From positions 12,524,001 to 12,588,000 of the forward strand of contig OX597817.1 of the NCBI GenBank assembly GCA_951406725.2: DNA of 64,000 nt, written 5' to 3'. Below are positions 27,836 to 41,704 of this stretch, one piece after another. The position numbers and the translations under genes are program-made. The stretch's first letter is position 1. Every line of letters begins with the position of its first letter. Origin of the DNA: Octopus vulgaris. Its lineage: Eukaryota. The notes under the pieces are model-generated. The model was not told the origin of the DNA. It worked only from the letters and a program-made list of their open reading frames with translations, and searched no databases.

Positions 27836-28528
27836 TGGACCTTTCAGTTCAGTCGAATAGCGACTGCATATCCCAGAACAATCCATTAACTTCAGGATAC
27901 ATCAGTCTGATCGAATAATAATTTCTTTGTATTTCAAACGGCTCCATTTTACTACTGGTGTCGTAGAATCGATAAAAAAGTAATTCGATATTTCCAATCA
28001 GTCGAGTATATTTGTTGAAACGAGGTTACTTCTTTATATTCTGGCAAAGAATAAAGGATTTGATTTTGCCCTGATTATGATTGACATTGAAAGAAGACAC
28101 AAAATGAGTAAAAACAACGACAAAAATATTAATTACTACTATAGCCCAAGGCCGACCAATGCTTTGTGTTTGAATTTAGATGGAAACTGTGTGGAAGCCC
28201 AACATATATATATAGATGTGTGTGTTTCTTTGCCCCCACCACCACCACTTGAAAACCGGTATTGGTTAGTTTACGTCCACGTAACTTAGTAGTTCGGTAA
28301 AAGAAAGTGATAGAATAAGAACCCAGATTTTAAAATAAATACTTGACACGATTTGTTCGACTAAACCCTTCAAGGCGGTATTCACACATGGCCGCAGTCC
28401 AATGGCTGAAACAAGTAAAAGGTGCTGCTGCTGATGATGATGATGATGATGACGTCGACGACGACGATGATAACAATAATGACGATGATGACGATGATGC
28501 ACGAATATGAAATCATTTGCTGCATTTA

Positions 28529-28905
28529 TTACCTCCCCCTTAGCGAAGGCGGAGGTATTGTTTTTAGTCGTATTCGTTTGTTTGTCTGTGGACAAGATAT
28601 CTCAAGAACCGCTGGATGGATTTGGGTGAAACTTTCAGGGATGTTTGGCCTTGTGATTGGCACGAACTGATTAAATTTTGGGATCGATCCGGTACCGGGC
28701 AAGGATTCTAGATTATTTTTCCTTTTTTTTTTTTTTTTTGCTTAGTTTTTGAGAGCTGTCGAGTTCATTTTTAGTATTATCGTTTGTGAGAGCAGACGAG
28801 TTTATTTCAGATATTCTCATTTTTAAAAACTCATCTCTGGCTAACCGTTGAGAGAACGTTGGTGTTGCCTTGGCGGGCGGAAGTTTGCGCTCTCTGAGTG
28901 TTCTT
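28529..28905 (+). mobile_element. Helentron-associated (HINE/DINE-like) element
   Basis: 5' ttacctcc...aaggcggaggt, gtttgtttgtctgt microsatellite, subterminal ccttggcgg and 3' hairpin gcgctc-tct-gagtgt. Confidence 0.65.
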
Positions 28906-29671
28906 ATTTATGTTGTTTTACTTCTGAGCTTATAATTACGCCGGGGTTCAGTTTGTCTTTCAACTCCAATAACCAATAGTATATGTTCTACTAAAAGCAC
29001 TAAATTATGCACAACTAACAGTACTTAATTAGATTCAGTCAATCGATGGTTCCCTGAGATTTATGCAATCGATCTCAGTATCGATTTGTAGCCATATGCC
29101 AAAGTTGGAAATCAATATTAATAATATGTTCCAATAATATCTGAAAACAGACTGATTTCATAGCAATTTTATTAGTCACTGCCGTCAAGTAGCGACTAAA
29201 GCTATCATTATATTCAAAAAGCAGCTGAATATCAATTACTTCATCTCAAACCTAGACCTGTCTATTAACATCTGGTTGCCTTTAAAATTACCAAAAGTCT
29301 GTTAATATGTCAAACTCTCAAAACAGTATTTGGAGTTGGTAACATAATGTTTCAAATTAAGGCCACGAGCTGGCAGAACTGTTAGCACGCCGGACAAAAT
29401 GCTTAGCGGCATTTCATCCGTCTTTACGTTCTGGGTTCAAACTCCACTGAGGTCGACTTTGTCTTTCATCCTTTCCGTGTCGATACCATAAGTACCAGTT
29501 GAGCACTAAAATTGCTGGCCTTCAGCCAAAATTTGAAAGTAATAAAGTGTTTCAAATTGGCTGATCTGACTGGCATTTCGCATATCCTTTGCTTGATCAG
29601 AATATAAAATATTCTAACAGAAAAAAATATACCTGGTTCTACTTACTAATCTTTATGGTAATTCCGAGAAC

Positions 29672-30358
29672 TTTATCGACCCCAAAAGGATGAAACGCAA
29701 AGTCAACCTCAGCGGAATTTGAACTCAGAACGTAAAGACAGACGAAATACCTATTTCTTTACTACCCAGAAGGGGCTAAACACAGAGAGGACAAACAAGG
29801 ACAGACAAACGGATTAAGTCGATTATATTGAACCCAGTGCGTAAGTGGTACTTATTTAATCCGACCCCGAAAGGATGAAAGGCAAAGTCGACCTCGGAGG
29901 AATTTGAACTCAGAACGTAACGGCAGACGAAATACCTATTTCTTTATTACCCACAAGGGTCTAAACATAGAGGAGACAAACATGGACAGACATAGGTACT
30001 AAGTCGATTATATCGACCCCAGTGCTTAACTGGTACTTAATTTATCGACCCCGAAAGGATAAAAGGCAAAGTCGACCTCGGCAGAATTTGAACTCACAAC
30101 GCAAAGATAGACGAAATACCTATTTCTATTTCTTTACTTCCCACAAGGGACTACACACAGAGGGGACAAACAAGGACAGTCAAACGGATTAAGTCGATTA
30201 CATCGACCCCAGTGCGTAAATGGTACTTAATTTATCGACCCCGAAAGGATGAAAGGCAAAGTCGACCTCGGCGGAATTTGAACTCAGAACGTAACGGCAG
30301 ACGAAATACCGCAAAGCATTTCGCCCGGCGTGCTAACCTTTCTGCCAGCTCGCCGCCT
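29672..30358 (-). mobile_element. SINE family A tandem array (~4 units, ~180-bp period)
   Basis: Repeated gaactcagaacgtaa..gacgaaatac|ctatttcttta junction; only one complete head, at the right end. Confidence 0.88.
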
Positions 30359-30373
30359 TTCCAGTAATGCAGA

Positions 30374-30467
30374 ATCGCCTGATGAAATGAATCATATACT
30401 GTACTAATCCTAAGGATACCGACTCTGATGTCAAAATCATGTGATGCGTGGAAACGCGCGTAGCGAT
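30374..30467 (+). ncRNA. Type-I hammerhead ribozyme motif (Penelope-like)
   Basis: atcgc-CTGATGA-...-GAAAC-gcgc-GTA-gcgat. Stem I atcgc/gcgat is perfect, stem III region acgcgcgt is palindromic, stem II atgaatcat/gtgatgcgt is imperfect with a long loop. Confidence 0.65.
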
Positions 30468-30669
30468 GTATTAAATATTTATAAATTCTATCCTAGAATT
30501 ATTGTCATTATCATATTTATCCTACATTATATCGTTATAACCATGATGTAACCCTGAAAGACTGACTTACCAGTCAGTATCATTGGAATGTAGCGGGCAT
30601 AATGAAATAGGAGCTTTATTTGCATATCCCTAACGTTACCATACACGAACTTAAAGGATATATGTGTGG

Positions 30670-30911
<242 letters not shown>

Positions 30912-33209
30912 ACATGCATGCATAATACACACACACACACACATGTACAAGGGAAGCAGCAAGTTATTTCTAGCTGACAAAGAAATCCTAAATAAGATTT
31001 CACCATTCATGTTTACGCATGCGTTCCTAACACGGGTATTTACGTCCACTAGTAAATAAAACATAAACAGGCTGTTTTAAGTTTATATAGGATTTCCCCC
31101 TTTAGCTAAAAATAACTTTCATTTTTCCCCAGCCAAACGTTTGTTTATATCACTATGATTCATTGATGTACTTTAGTTAGTTTCATGTATATAGAGACAT
31201 AATAATAACTTATCGTTTAAGTATATGGCCGGTAATTTCAAGAGGTGTGGATTAATCGGGCAATTTTCGAAGTTCTCGACAATTTACAGGAAAACAAAAT
31301 TATATTTTTTGTTACGTACTTTTTTATTTTCGACAATGTCTTTCATGTGATGGCGATTGCCGAACACATATTCGCACGCGCTAACACGTACGCACACACT
31401 CACACGTACATTTCCAAGAGGTTTATATTGTGCTAGCGGTATAGCCCAGCGTTGCTCAGGTTTGTTTTCTTTTCGACCCTTTAGAATTGGAATTTTTGAA
31501 AAGTAAAAATTTTGCATTATGTAGCTTGTTATTATTCTCTTTAAGTGAACATTTTTCTGGTTGAAATACACCGAAAAATGGCGACACAGCAGTAAAAAGA
31601 AACGTAAAAAATAGGTATTTTCATAGAAAAGAAGCACCTTTTTGATGTAAATAATTTTTGGTGTTAACATGGTCCGATTTGAATGTTCTCTTCTACGGAA
31701 TGAAGAGCAAGCCTTCTTCTATCATACTCTCAATTTTGGTCAACTTGCGCCGCAGGGTCTCGGAGGAGATAGTGTTAGTTGAAGGCTACCAAACCTGCCA
31801 TACACACACACACAGACAACTTCAGCTTTATATATATAGATTAGTAAAATCTATAAAAAGAGTACAGGGAACTTGTGATGAGGAGTGGAAAACCTAACGT
31901 TTCGGACAGTCTCCTTTTCTAGGGAACATTTGAAAGGAGAGAAAAAATGGGAGACAGCAGAGTTTTATATCCTCATATATGATAGGATTTCTCTGTCGTA
32001 CACGACAGGTGAAGGTCCAGAAACGTCTTGCCGAACAAGGGGCACACGTGATTTGCTTTTAGTGATCAATTGTTTGTTTGTCTGTATATTCTCTCACTAC
32101 CACCATCGAGTCGACATTACCTGTACTGATCGACGGTATGCTACACGTCTGAGGCGACGAGCTGGTAGAATCGTTAGCACGCCGGGCGAAATGCTTAGCG
32201 GTATTTCGTCTGCCGCTACGTTCTGAGTTCAAATTCCGCCGAGGTAGACTTTGCCTGTTATCCTTTCGGGGTCGATAAATTAAGTACCAGTTACGCACTG
32301 GGGTCGATATAATCGACTTAATCCGTTTGTCTGTCCTTGTTTGTCCTCTCTGTGTTTAGCCCCTTGTGGGTAATAAAGAAATAGGTATTTCGTCTGCCTT
32401 TACGTTGTGAGCTCAAATTCCGCCGAGGTCGACTTTGCCTTTCATCCTTTCGGTGTCGATAAATTAAGTACCAGTTACGCACTGGGCCCCTTATGGGTAG
32501 TAAGGAAATAGGTATGCTACACATCTGATATCAAAGTGATCGCTGATAAACTGGAAATGCTCAAGAACACAACTCACCGCCCAGTACAGGAATCGAAAAA
32601 AACTATCTTTCCATTGTGAATGCAACGCCTTAAGCATTAGGTTTTCACATATATCAATTACTTCATTAAAATTAACCATTGTCATATCCGGAATTTGTGA
32701 AGGCGCGTAGCTTAGTGGTTAGGGTGTCAGCACTATGATCGCAAGATTGTGGTTTCGATTCCTGGACCGGGCGACGCGTTGTGTTCTTGGGCAAAACAAT
32801 TCATTTCATGTTGCTCCAGTCCACTCAGCTGGCAAAAATGAGTAACGCTGCGATGGGCTGGCGTCCCGTCCAGCTGGACAACACATACGCCATAGAAACC
32901 GGGAAACCGGGCCCATGAGCCTGGATAGGTTTGAAAAGGGCGCATAAATATAAATAAATATCCGGAATTTAGTGAAACCAATCCTAATTCATTTAATTAG
33001 CAAATATACGCGCGCGCGCACACACATACTCAAACAGAAATGTTTCACTAACAAATATCTATAAACACTTAATACAGTGTTTCTCACAAGATGGAGGGTC
33101 ATCGTATCTTCAAGGGAAGGCTGAAAAGAATCTTGCAAACCAAATACAAAAACATCACTGAGCGTGTGTGTGTGTGCACATACATTCACATACACAATAC
33201 ATACACACA

Positions 33210-33284
<75 letters not shown>

Positions 33285-33619
33285 TACATGAACAAATGAA
33301 TTTTCCGTAAACTGCCGAGAACCTCGGGAAACCAACTGGCAAAATGTGACAGTTTCCATACACATGCCAAAAAGTTGTAAGTGGATTAGATCGACCGTTG
33401 CATTTGACTGGTACTTTATTCTATCAAGCCCAAAAGGCTAAAAAGCAAAAACGGCCGCGATGGTATTTGAATATAGAACGTAAAGACCCGGAAAAATGCG
33501 GCTAAGCATTCTGTTCACTCCAAATACCATTATTAGTGAAATTTTTAAAGTTCCTGTTACTCTTTTATCAATAAGAAAACAAAATAGAGTTTACATCCAT
33601 ATAGCTCTCCTATCGCTGC

Positions 33620-34000
33620 CATACTGGTGGACACTCTTAGTAGCAGCCTCCATGGCTCTGGGTTCCACTGCGTCTGTTTTAGAGGAGGTAGGCGCCCTCT
33701 GTGTAACCGCCTCCCTAGCAGGGGGCGTCTCCTCCTCTATATTTTTACCCTCGGCCATCACAGCCTCCCTGGCTGTGGGCTCCACATGAGGAGGTGGACA
33801 CCTTCTGAGTAACCGCCTCCTTAGCGGGGGGTGTCTCCTCCTCTTTGTTGATGGCCTCGGCCTCCACTCTTGTAACAGCCTCCTTGGCTGGGGTGCCGGC
33901 GTTTCTTTTTCATTGGTGGAGGCGGTCCCCCTCTGGGTAACAGCCTCCTTGGCTGACGGCGCCACCTCATCTTTGTTCTCCTCTTTTCTAGCCTTATTTT
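33620..34000 (-). repeat. Degenerate GC-rich minisatellite with coding appearance (AREAVTQR / EEETPP units)
   Basis: Recurrent ca/ccgcctcc(c/t)t(a/g)gc motif at about 33644, 33703, 33761, 33809, 33872 and 33937; the ORF is frameshifted. Confidence 0.55.
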
Positions 34001-36237
34001 GCGGGAATGTACTAATTTAGAAATATGTTCCTTTATATAAGGAATGAATCGAAAGTCCCTAACTTCAACGTCAATCGGAAGCTTCTAGAATGTTCGAGAA
34101 TTTTCTTGAAGGTCGAAGGAGATTACTCTCGTTAAATCCCTTTTTCGTTTTACTTTCCTGTTTGACCACTTTTAAAATGTTTAAAACCATCTTAATTTTA
34201 TTTACCATAGCAATTTCTCTGTCACCCACTTTCAATACTTTCACCCTATGAGAGAAGCTGTAATATGTGTTTATAAATATTCGTTAGAGAAATATTTCTG
34301 TTTGATTATGCGTGCACGCGTGTATAGTCGTGTGTGCACGCGCATATCTGCAAATTAAGTGAATTAGGATTGGTTACACTAAATTCCCAATATGCTTTGT
34401 ATAATTGTAATTTGTATCTAATTCTGATTACCCCAGTCAGTTTTAATGCTATTTAAACAATAATAAAAAACAAACATAGATATAAATAAATAGAAAAAAC
34501 TACAATTGTTGATTTTCTGCTGAATGCTAGATTGTAATATTTTCTTTAACTCTAATTAACCATTATGATATAAAAATTGAAATAGCAAGAGATGTTGCAT
34601 TATTACTTAACTTGCTCAACGTGACTCATTTATACAATAGCAAATTGTTAAAAATTTAGGAGGCCTAAACGGAAGTTACATGATCTAAGTGAGCTGCTAA
34701 GTGACACAAAACCCAAGAGAACTAACTGTAAGGAGTATGTCGTCATTGTTACTTCGGGAAGTATCACAATTCAATGCAATGAAGATTTCAGTTATTTCCT
34801 CATTGCTTATGCGTTTTAAGCAGGCTGCAAACTTTTTCTCTCTTTACAGCCACTTTATGAATATTTTTATCCTTTCCCAACTACATAGTAATTTGGCCTA
34901 TTACTTTATTCTGTTCATGTTTGATGTTATTAGACGTGAATTCATTGTGCTTATTTACCAAAGTTATATAATTCTTGATTTTATATCAGTTGAATATTAG
35001 TTTGTAAGCACTTTTCCATGAACCAATTTTACAATAAGCCATTGACCGAATTCTTACATTAATTGATGAATTTCCTCAACAAGCCAAATTTTCTCTAATT
35101 TACATTCCTGACTCTGAGAAAAACTTGAATTAGGAAGCTACGTAAAACAAAACGCTTCTTGGTTTGGTAGTACAGCTGTTAGATTTCCCTTTAAACATTG
35201 TTCCAGGTTTTATATTTCTTAAGATTATTGCACATCAAATGAGCACTCTTCTGTTTCCCTTATGACAACAAGGAAGCCTTTATATAGTTGTTCGATCTGC
35301 AAGTACTCTCAGCTAAATCACCCTCAGGTGCATTCCAGTGTATTAAAACGAATAGAGCACAGTGGATAATCTTTATATATAAAAGTGAAGTTGTGTGTCT
35401 GTCTCCTACGATTTAGATACCTAACTACTCCCACATTTTTCGGTGCAGTTTAGCCAAAAGCGGGTATCTTATAGTCGTGATTCATATCGAGCCCTTCTGG
35501 GTATTAGCGCGCGTCTACGATGAGTCTACGATTTTAAAAAAATTTACCATAATTTTTTTCCATTTTAATGCATTTTTTTCGCTATTATATAAGGGAAGTA
35601 ACTCTCTAAAAATGTCTACGATGAGTCGACGATTTAAAAAAAAATTTACCATCATTTTTTTTTCCATTTTCCATGCATTTTTTTGCTATTTTTTGGCTAT
35701 AGCTCTCTAATAATGCTTATATAGTTATTTCATTTACAAACCCGAGCAACGCCGGGCGATACTGCTAGTGTGTTCTAAATAAATAAGATAGGCTGTCGGA
35801 ACGATTTAATCGTTTATGTCTCATCTAAGGCTACACAGAAAACTAATCACTACTTGATGATCTTATCACATACGAAATACATGGAACAGCAAAATTGAGA
35901 TAGCATTCTCAGACTGCCATATTGCATAACAATATAACCAGACTACTCCCTGAAACGTCACACAATCAATCATTGCATGAAAAGACATGCCGAAAGCTGA
36001 GACCAGACAAGAGTATGATATGTTAGTTATTCTGGGCTTCTAATGAATATCTCTGAGTGTTCAATCGACTATCTCTGTATCAGATCAAAATGAGCTGGCT
36101 TTAATACCAACGACCACAATATCTTAATTATCCCTTTTACAGTTGCAACTGTAACTGCAAGGTCCATGATCTTATTTTTGTAGAGTTGAGTAAAATGATG
36201 CTGGTTTTTAATAACTTGTTTGATTGCTTTAAATATA

Positions 36238-36239
<2 letters not shown>

Positions 36240-36275
<36 letters not shown>

Positions 36276-36384
36276 ATTATTATTATTATTATTGTTATTG
36301 TTATTATTATTATTATTGTTATTGTTATCATTATTATTATTGTTATTGTTATTGTTATTGTTATTATTATTGTTATTGTTATTG

Positions 36385-36438
<54 letters not shown>
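36240..36438. repeat. (ATT/GTT)n microsatellite
   Basis: Direct inspection. Confidence 0.95.
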
Positions 36439-36439
<1 letters not shown>

Positions 36440-36634
36440 GCGGCGAGCTGGCAGAATCGTCAGCTTAGCGGCATTTCGTCTGTTTTTACATTCTGAGTTC
36501 GAATTCTGCTGAGGTCGACTTTACCTTTCAACCTTTCGGGATCGATAAATTAAGTACGAGTGAAATACTAGAGTCGATGTAATTAATTAGTCCCCTCCTC
36601 CAAAATTTCATGCCTTGTGCCTTTGGTAGAAAGG

Positions 36635-36682
<48 letters not shown>

Positions 36683-37162
36683 GAGTGAGAGAGCAGTGCA
36701 TGCCATCAAAGTGACACTGGGGTAAAATATACGAAACCCAGTATACTCATCATGACTGCCCGTCTGATAAGGGTACACTAGGCACATGCATCACAACCAT
36801 ATGTGCACGACATGGTTATCTCATATCAAGATAAACAGCACATGACCTTGCAGGTGGGGCCCAGTTAGAATTTTCTTCAGGTCGAGTAACCCATCCCACT
36901 CGAAAGGTCCCTGAATAAGGGTTGTTTAAGGATGTTGAACGAAACACCCATGTTTCCAGAGGTGAATTATTAAAACCCCAAAGAACCCCTCTCAACACAC
37001 GGCTATGATGCTCCCCCACTACTTCTGCTCGTGATCAGAGATGCACATATCGTCAGCCACTAAGGGACATGGTCAACTGGTTATGGTCAAATAACTGAAA
37101 AGCAAATCTGTGGTATTGAGCAAATATTTGCTGTAGCCCATCTTTTATACCAAGACAAAACA
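36683..37162 (-). mobile_element. Non-coding insertion within an (ATT)n tract (possibly the 3' UTR of an AAT-targeting LINE)
   Basis: About 480 bp of unique sequence flanked on both sides by (att)n; family assignment is inferred only. Confidence 0.45.
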
Positions 37163-37218
<56 letters not shown>

Positions 37219-37771
37219 CATTATTATTATTATTTATTATTATTATAATTATTTAGGTGGTGAGCTGGCAGAATCGTTAACACACTGGGCAAAGTGCTTA
37301 GCGGCATTTCGTCCGTCTTTACGTTCTGAGTTCAAATTCCCCCGAGGTCAACTTTGCCTTTCATCCTTTCGGGGTCGATAAATTAAGTACCAGTTACGCA
37401 CTGGGGTTGATGTAATCGACTAGTCCCCTCCCAAAAAATTCCAGGCATCGTGCCATTAGTAGAAAGGATTATTGTTGTTGTTGTTGTTGTTAGCACTTTT
37501 ACATCATTCAAGACTGGATTTTTGGATTTGCGTGTGCCATACTCCGAGTAAACATATTCTGTTACTTTCCTCTTTCACTCCATTTATCCACATTTAGGCT
37601 ATGCTTAATAATATAAGGTGTAGCTGTGTCGTAAGAAATTTGCTTCCCATGCACGTGGTTCCGGGTTCAGTTCCACTACGTGACACCGCGTGCAAGAATC
37701 TTCTACCATAGTCTCGGGCTGATTAAGGCTTGGTAAGTGGATGTAGTAGACGGAAACAAAAAGAAGCCCAT

Positions 37772-37853
<82 letters not shown>

Positions 37854-38469
37854 TACGTGTGTGTGTGTATGCTTTTGTGCTTTGTTTGTCCCGTACTACC
37901 GCTTGGCAACCGGTGCTGGTGTGTTAACGTCCCCTGAACTTAGCGGTTCAGCAAAATAGTTCAATAGATTAAGTAACAGGCTTTAAAATATCGGGATCGA
38001 TTTGTACTACTAAATATCTTCCATGCGGTGCCCCAGCATGGTTGCAGTCTAATGTCTAAAAAAAATAAAAAAGCTAAAATAAAATAAAATAAAAACAAGT
38101 ATTTTTTTATCAGAATATAAATATTTCAAGTGATCAGCCACAATAAAATAATGATATGGATCAATGAAGGAGTCTATATGATCGCTATGTTAGAAATAGC
38201 AGCCAAATTTCCTGAAATTACATATCACATTACATTCATTGAGTAATGTCGTCTGCTGTTTGAAAGAACCAGACGTAGCTGGAATGCGTTCCACTATTTC
38301 CTTATACATAACAGTTAAAATTCATCTTAAACTAATTCGTAACAGTCTCATTTTCTATTTTTTAGTTATGTGGTGAGTTATTAAATATTACGTAACATCA
38401 ACAACTATGCCTACTTTCCACAGCCTCAGACTTCTAGCCGAGAGTGGATCCCGCGGAACAGCTAAAGTT

Positions 38470-38890
38470 CACAAATCACATCATACCAACAACTCTCCAC
38501 TCAGGATATAGCGATCTTCTCAAATTCCACAGAGCAAGTGATCAGGTGGCAACTGATTGGGCCCTGGGAAGGACATATGGGGGGGGGTCATGAGAGGAAG
38601 CTTGCCGAATACCAGGAGCTGGTGAAGCAAGGAAGAAACCAGGGCTGGCAGGAACGTTGTGAGATAACTGAAGTGGGCTGCCAGCGGTTTGTGGGGCGTT
38701 CATTCTGTGAAGCTCTGACTAAGCTTGGGAGTAGTACTACTGCAGCAAAGAAGGCCATAAATTTCATCACTGAAATTGCAGAAAAGGCTTTGGACAAAGA
38801 GGACAGACCGATGGTTCGCTGTTAATGGGGTGCAAGATAAGTCAACAGGGCAAGAGGGTCTGATGCTAAATGACTTGAAACCGCCTGAAA
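38470..38890 (+). pseudogene. RLE-type non-LTR retrotransposon 3' remnant (Hero/NeSL-like)
   Basis: DIAIFSNSTEQVIRWQLIGPWE...HERKLAEYQELV...GW..CE.TEVGCQRFVG matches the PD..E-LTVPWE..K..KY..L..GW..EVGCRGF restriction-like endonuclease pattern. Confidence 0.78.
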
Positions 38891-40389
38891 CCACAGAAAC
38901 ATGATGGAGGTCAGAGTATACGTGAGATGTATCTTGGAATTAATTATTGATTGTTTAAAAGTTGGTACAAGCATAGATATTGTTACAGGAATGATATAAT
39001 TGATTGCTAATGTTTATTTTAATGACATTTGGGTAATGAAAACAAAATAGCACAATTATTAACCCATCTTACATATATTTCTCAGAAGTAAAATTCTTAT
39101 GGACTGTTCTGGACATTTTTTTTTATAGAAATATACTATGAAAGTTACTTTATAAATGTATATTTTTTCCTATTTAAACTATTTGTGATTTTAACCTACT
39201 TCTGTCTGTGAGGTTGGCCAACTTTTACAAACTGCCTTTTGCGCTGTTTCTATTTTCCCCTACACGTTGACTCTATTTCCTGTAAACCTTATGGTGGCAG
39301 TCAGAGAATTTGTTACTTGAAATTTAATGCCGAAGCAACAAACACAAAACACGCACTTTTTAGAGAGTGTATGAAATGAACAGGATGGAGAAGGAAAACC
39401 TTTAACAGAGACATGACCTGACAGCCACATCAAGTTGTCTTACATGTCATCAAATAATTTGCAGATGTTCTGTTTATGTCTTAAGTAAAAGTACACATTT
39501 CTCATCGTCGAAAAAACAAGACGGATTTCTCATGTGAAAAGTTCAACCTTTAATAACTGGATTCAATTTGCAAAGAAGTAAATGATAAAGCCAAAGTTCT
39601 TAACTATACTTAGCTCACCTACCTTCATTAACCACCCTTTCATCAACTGAACATTAACCTCGTTCCGACCTCCACCCCACCCTCGCTCAAATTCTATTTC
39701 CTCTCTGGTTTGACATCCTCTCGATAATAACATGTGCGTGGTTATATGGTCTCCAGATTTGCTAAAAATAAGAGCCACATATCCTTCAAATTATATCTAG
39801 GGATTGTCACGGCTGGAATGCTTTTAGTCATGGGTCTACTCGATCAAGTCTGACCAGTGACTAAAAAAAACCATAGCCCTTACCCTCTCTTTTTTTTTCC
39901 TTTTTATTTCGGAGTGAAAACTTTACTGCTCACTTTAACACTACCATCAACGGATTTCTTCCTCAGAGTTTATTTTGTTCAAAGCGTTTTTACCCGACGT
40001 CGCGTTTTTCTACAAACGTTGATGAAGCCAATGTTTAGGCCATTGACTACATTGATCCCGTGAACTTGAAGTACTTTTCCAGACAAACTTTTAAAAAATA
40101 ATTGTCACAGCGTTACAAATGTAACGTGGGAATTAAATATAACGGAATTGATGGTATCAATCCCAGAGAGCTGCAAGTTAAAAATTACGATGTTTGAACT
40201 CAAAGAAGTATAGCTAAATATTTTCAAGCATTTCAATCCAATACCCTAGTATTATGTCACTTCAACACCATAATTTAATAACGAAGATTATCTAATACTA
40301 GCGGGATACGTGAATATTTCACGGAATTAATGGTAAACCTATTGGGTAATTTCTGAAAACTTTATCCAAAAAACTTGATGTAATCAATG

Positions 40390-40458
<69 letters not shown>

Positions 40459-40461
<3 letters not shown>

Positions 40462-41673
40462 GAGAAACTCTCAAAATACAAAGACCTGGAAATAGAGGTA
40501 ACTAGAATGTGGAATCTGAAAACAGAAACAATTCCTATCATAGTAGGTGCATTAGGCATGATAAAAAAATATTCAGACAAATACATAACAAAAACACCAG
40601 GACTTACAAACACATATAACATACAGAAAATTGCACTACTAGGCACTGCACACATCCTACGCAGAACACTTTCCATACAATAACCATCAGAGCATCACAA
40701 CAAATCACAGCACATACCCAAGGCACACAGAGCTGCGCTCGGTAGTGAAGTGAAAGCACGCTATAAAAATAAAACTACTGAATAATAATAATAATAATAC
40801 AGCAAAATGTGGAACCTGAAGACTAAAACAATACCTGTTGTCATAGGTGCCCTGGGAATGATAGCAAAAGGGGCTGATTGCTACCTAACTCAGATACCAG
40901 GAAACCCAAAAATGGCAGAAATTCAAAAGATAGTGCTCGTGGGAACTGCTCATATCCTACGCAAAATACTTTCTATGTAATCTCAAGGTTTAAAACAAAA
41001 TACAAAGACCTGGAAATAGAGGTAACTAGAATGTGGAATCTGAAAACAGAAACAATTCCTATCATAGTAGGTGCATTAGGCATGATAAAAAAATATTCAG
41101 ACAAATACATAACAAAACACCAGGACTTACAAACACATATAACATACAGAAAATTGCACTACTAGGCACTGCACACATCCTACGCAGAACACTTTCCATA
41201 CAATAACCATCAGAGCATCACAACAAATCACAGCACATACCCAAGGCACACAGAGCTGCGCTCGGTAGTGAAGTGAAAGCACGCTATAAAAATAAAACTA
41301 CTGAATAATAATAATAATAATACAGCAAAATGTGGAACCTGAAGACTAAAACAATACCTGTTGTCATAGGTGCCCTGGGAATGATAGCAAAAGGGGCTGA
41401 TTGCTACCTAACTCAGATACCAGGAAACCCAAAAATGGCAGAAATTCAAAAGATAGTGCTCGTGGGAACTGCTCATATCCTACGCAATTCTATGTAATCT
41501 CAAGGTTTAAAACAAACATTTTTTTTTAGACATCCACTCGTACAACACAAAAAAACAACCAAATATATGGCACACTAGGCATAACAACAACGTGAACTTC
41601 CAACCTGTTGTCTCTTGAGGTCTCTGGGTGAGACTTGGAGCCAACTTGTACAAATATAAAGCAAAAGTCAAAC

Positions 41674-41703
<30 letters not shown>
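40459..41703 (+). mobile_element. Cluster of 5'-truncated R4/Dong-like LINE ends in (AAT)n, partly tandem-duplicated
   Basis: Two RLE C-termini: EKLSKYKDLEIEVTRMWNLKTETIPIIVGALG...QKIALLGTAHILRR and KMWNLKTKTIPVVIGALG...QKIVLVGTAHILRK, each bounded by (aat)n. About 40473-40995 is repeated at about 40996-41515. Confidence 0.85.

Positions 41704-41704
<1 letters not shown>

Noticed and set aside
29672-30358. Regular repeat array superficially resembling a CRISPR array
   Set aside because: Whole ~180-bp units repeat without unique spacers, there are no cas genes, and the context is eukaryotic SINE sequence.
31893-32035. Hammerhead-like GAAACGTT and GAAACGTC fragments
   Set aside because: The CUGANGA core is missing or too degenerate; at most a decayed Penelope remnant.
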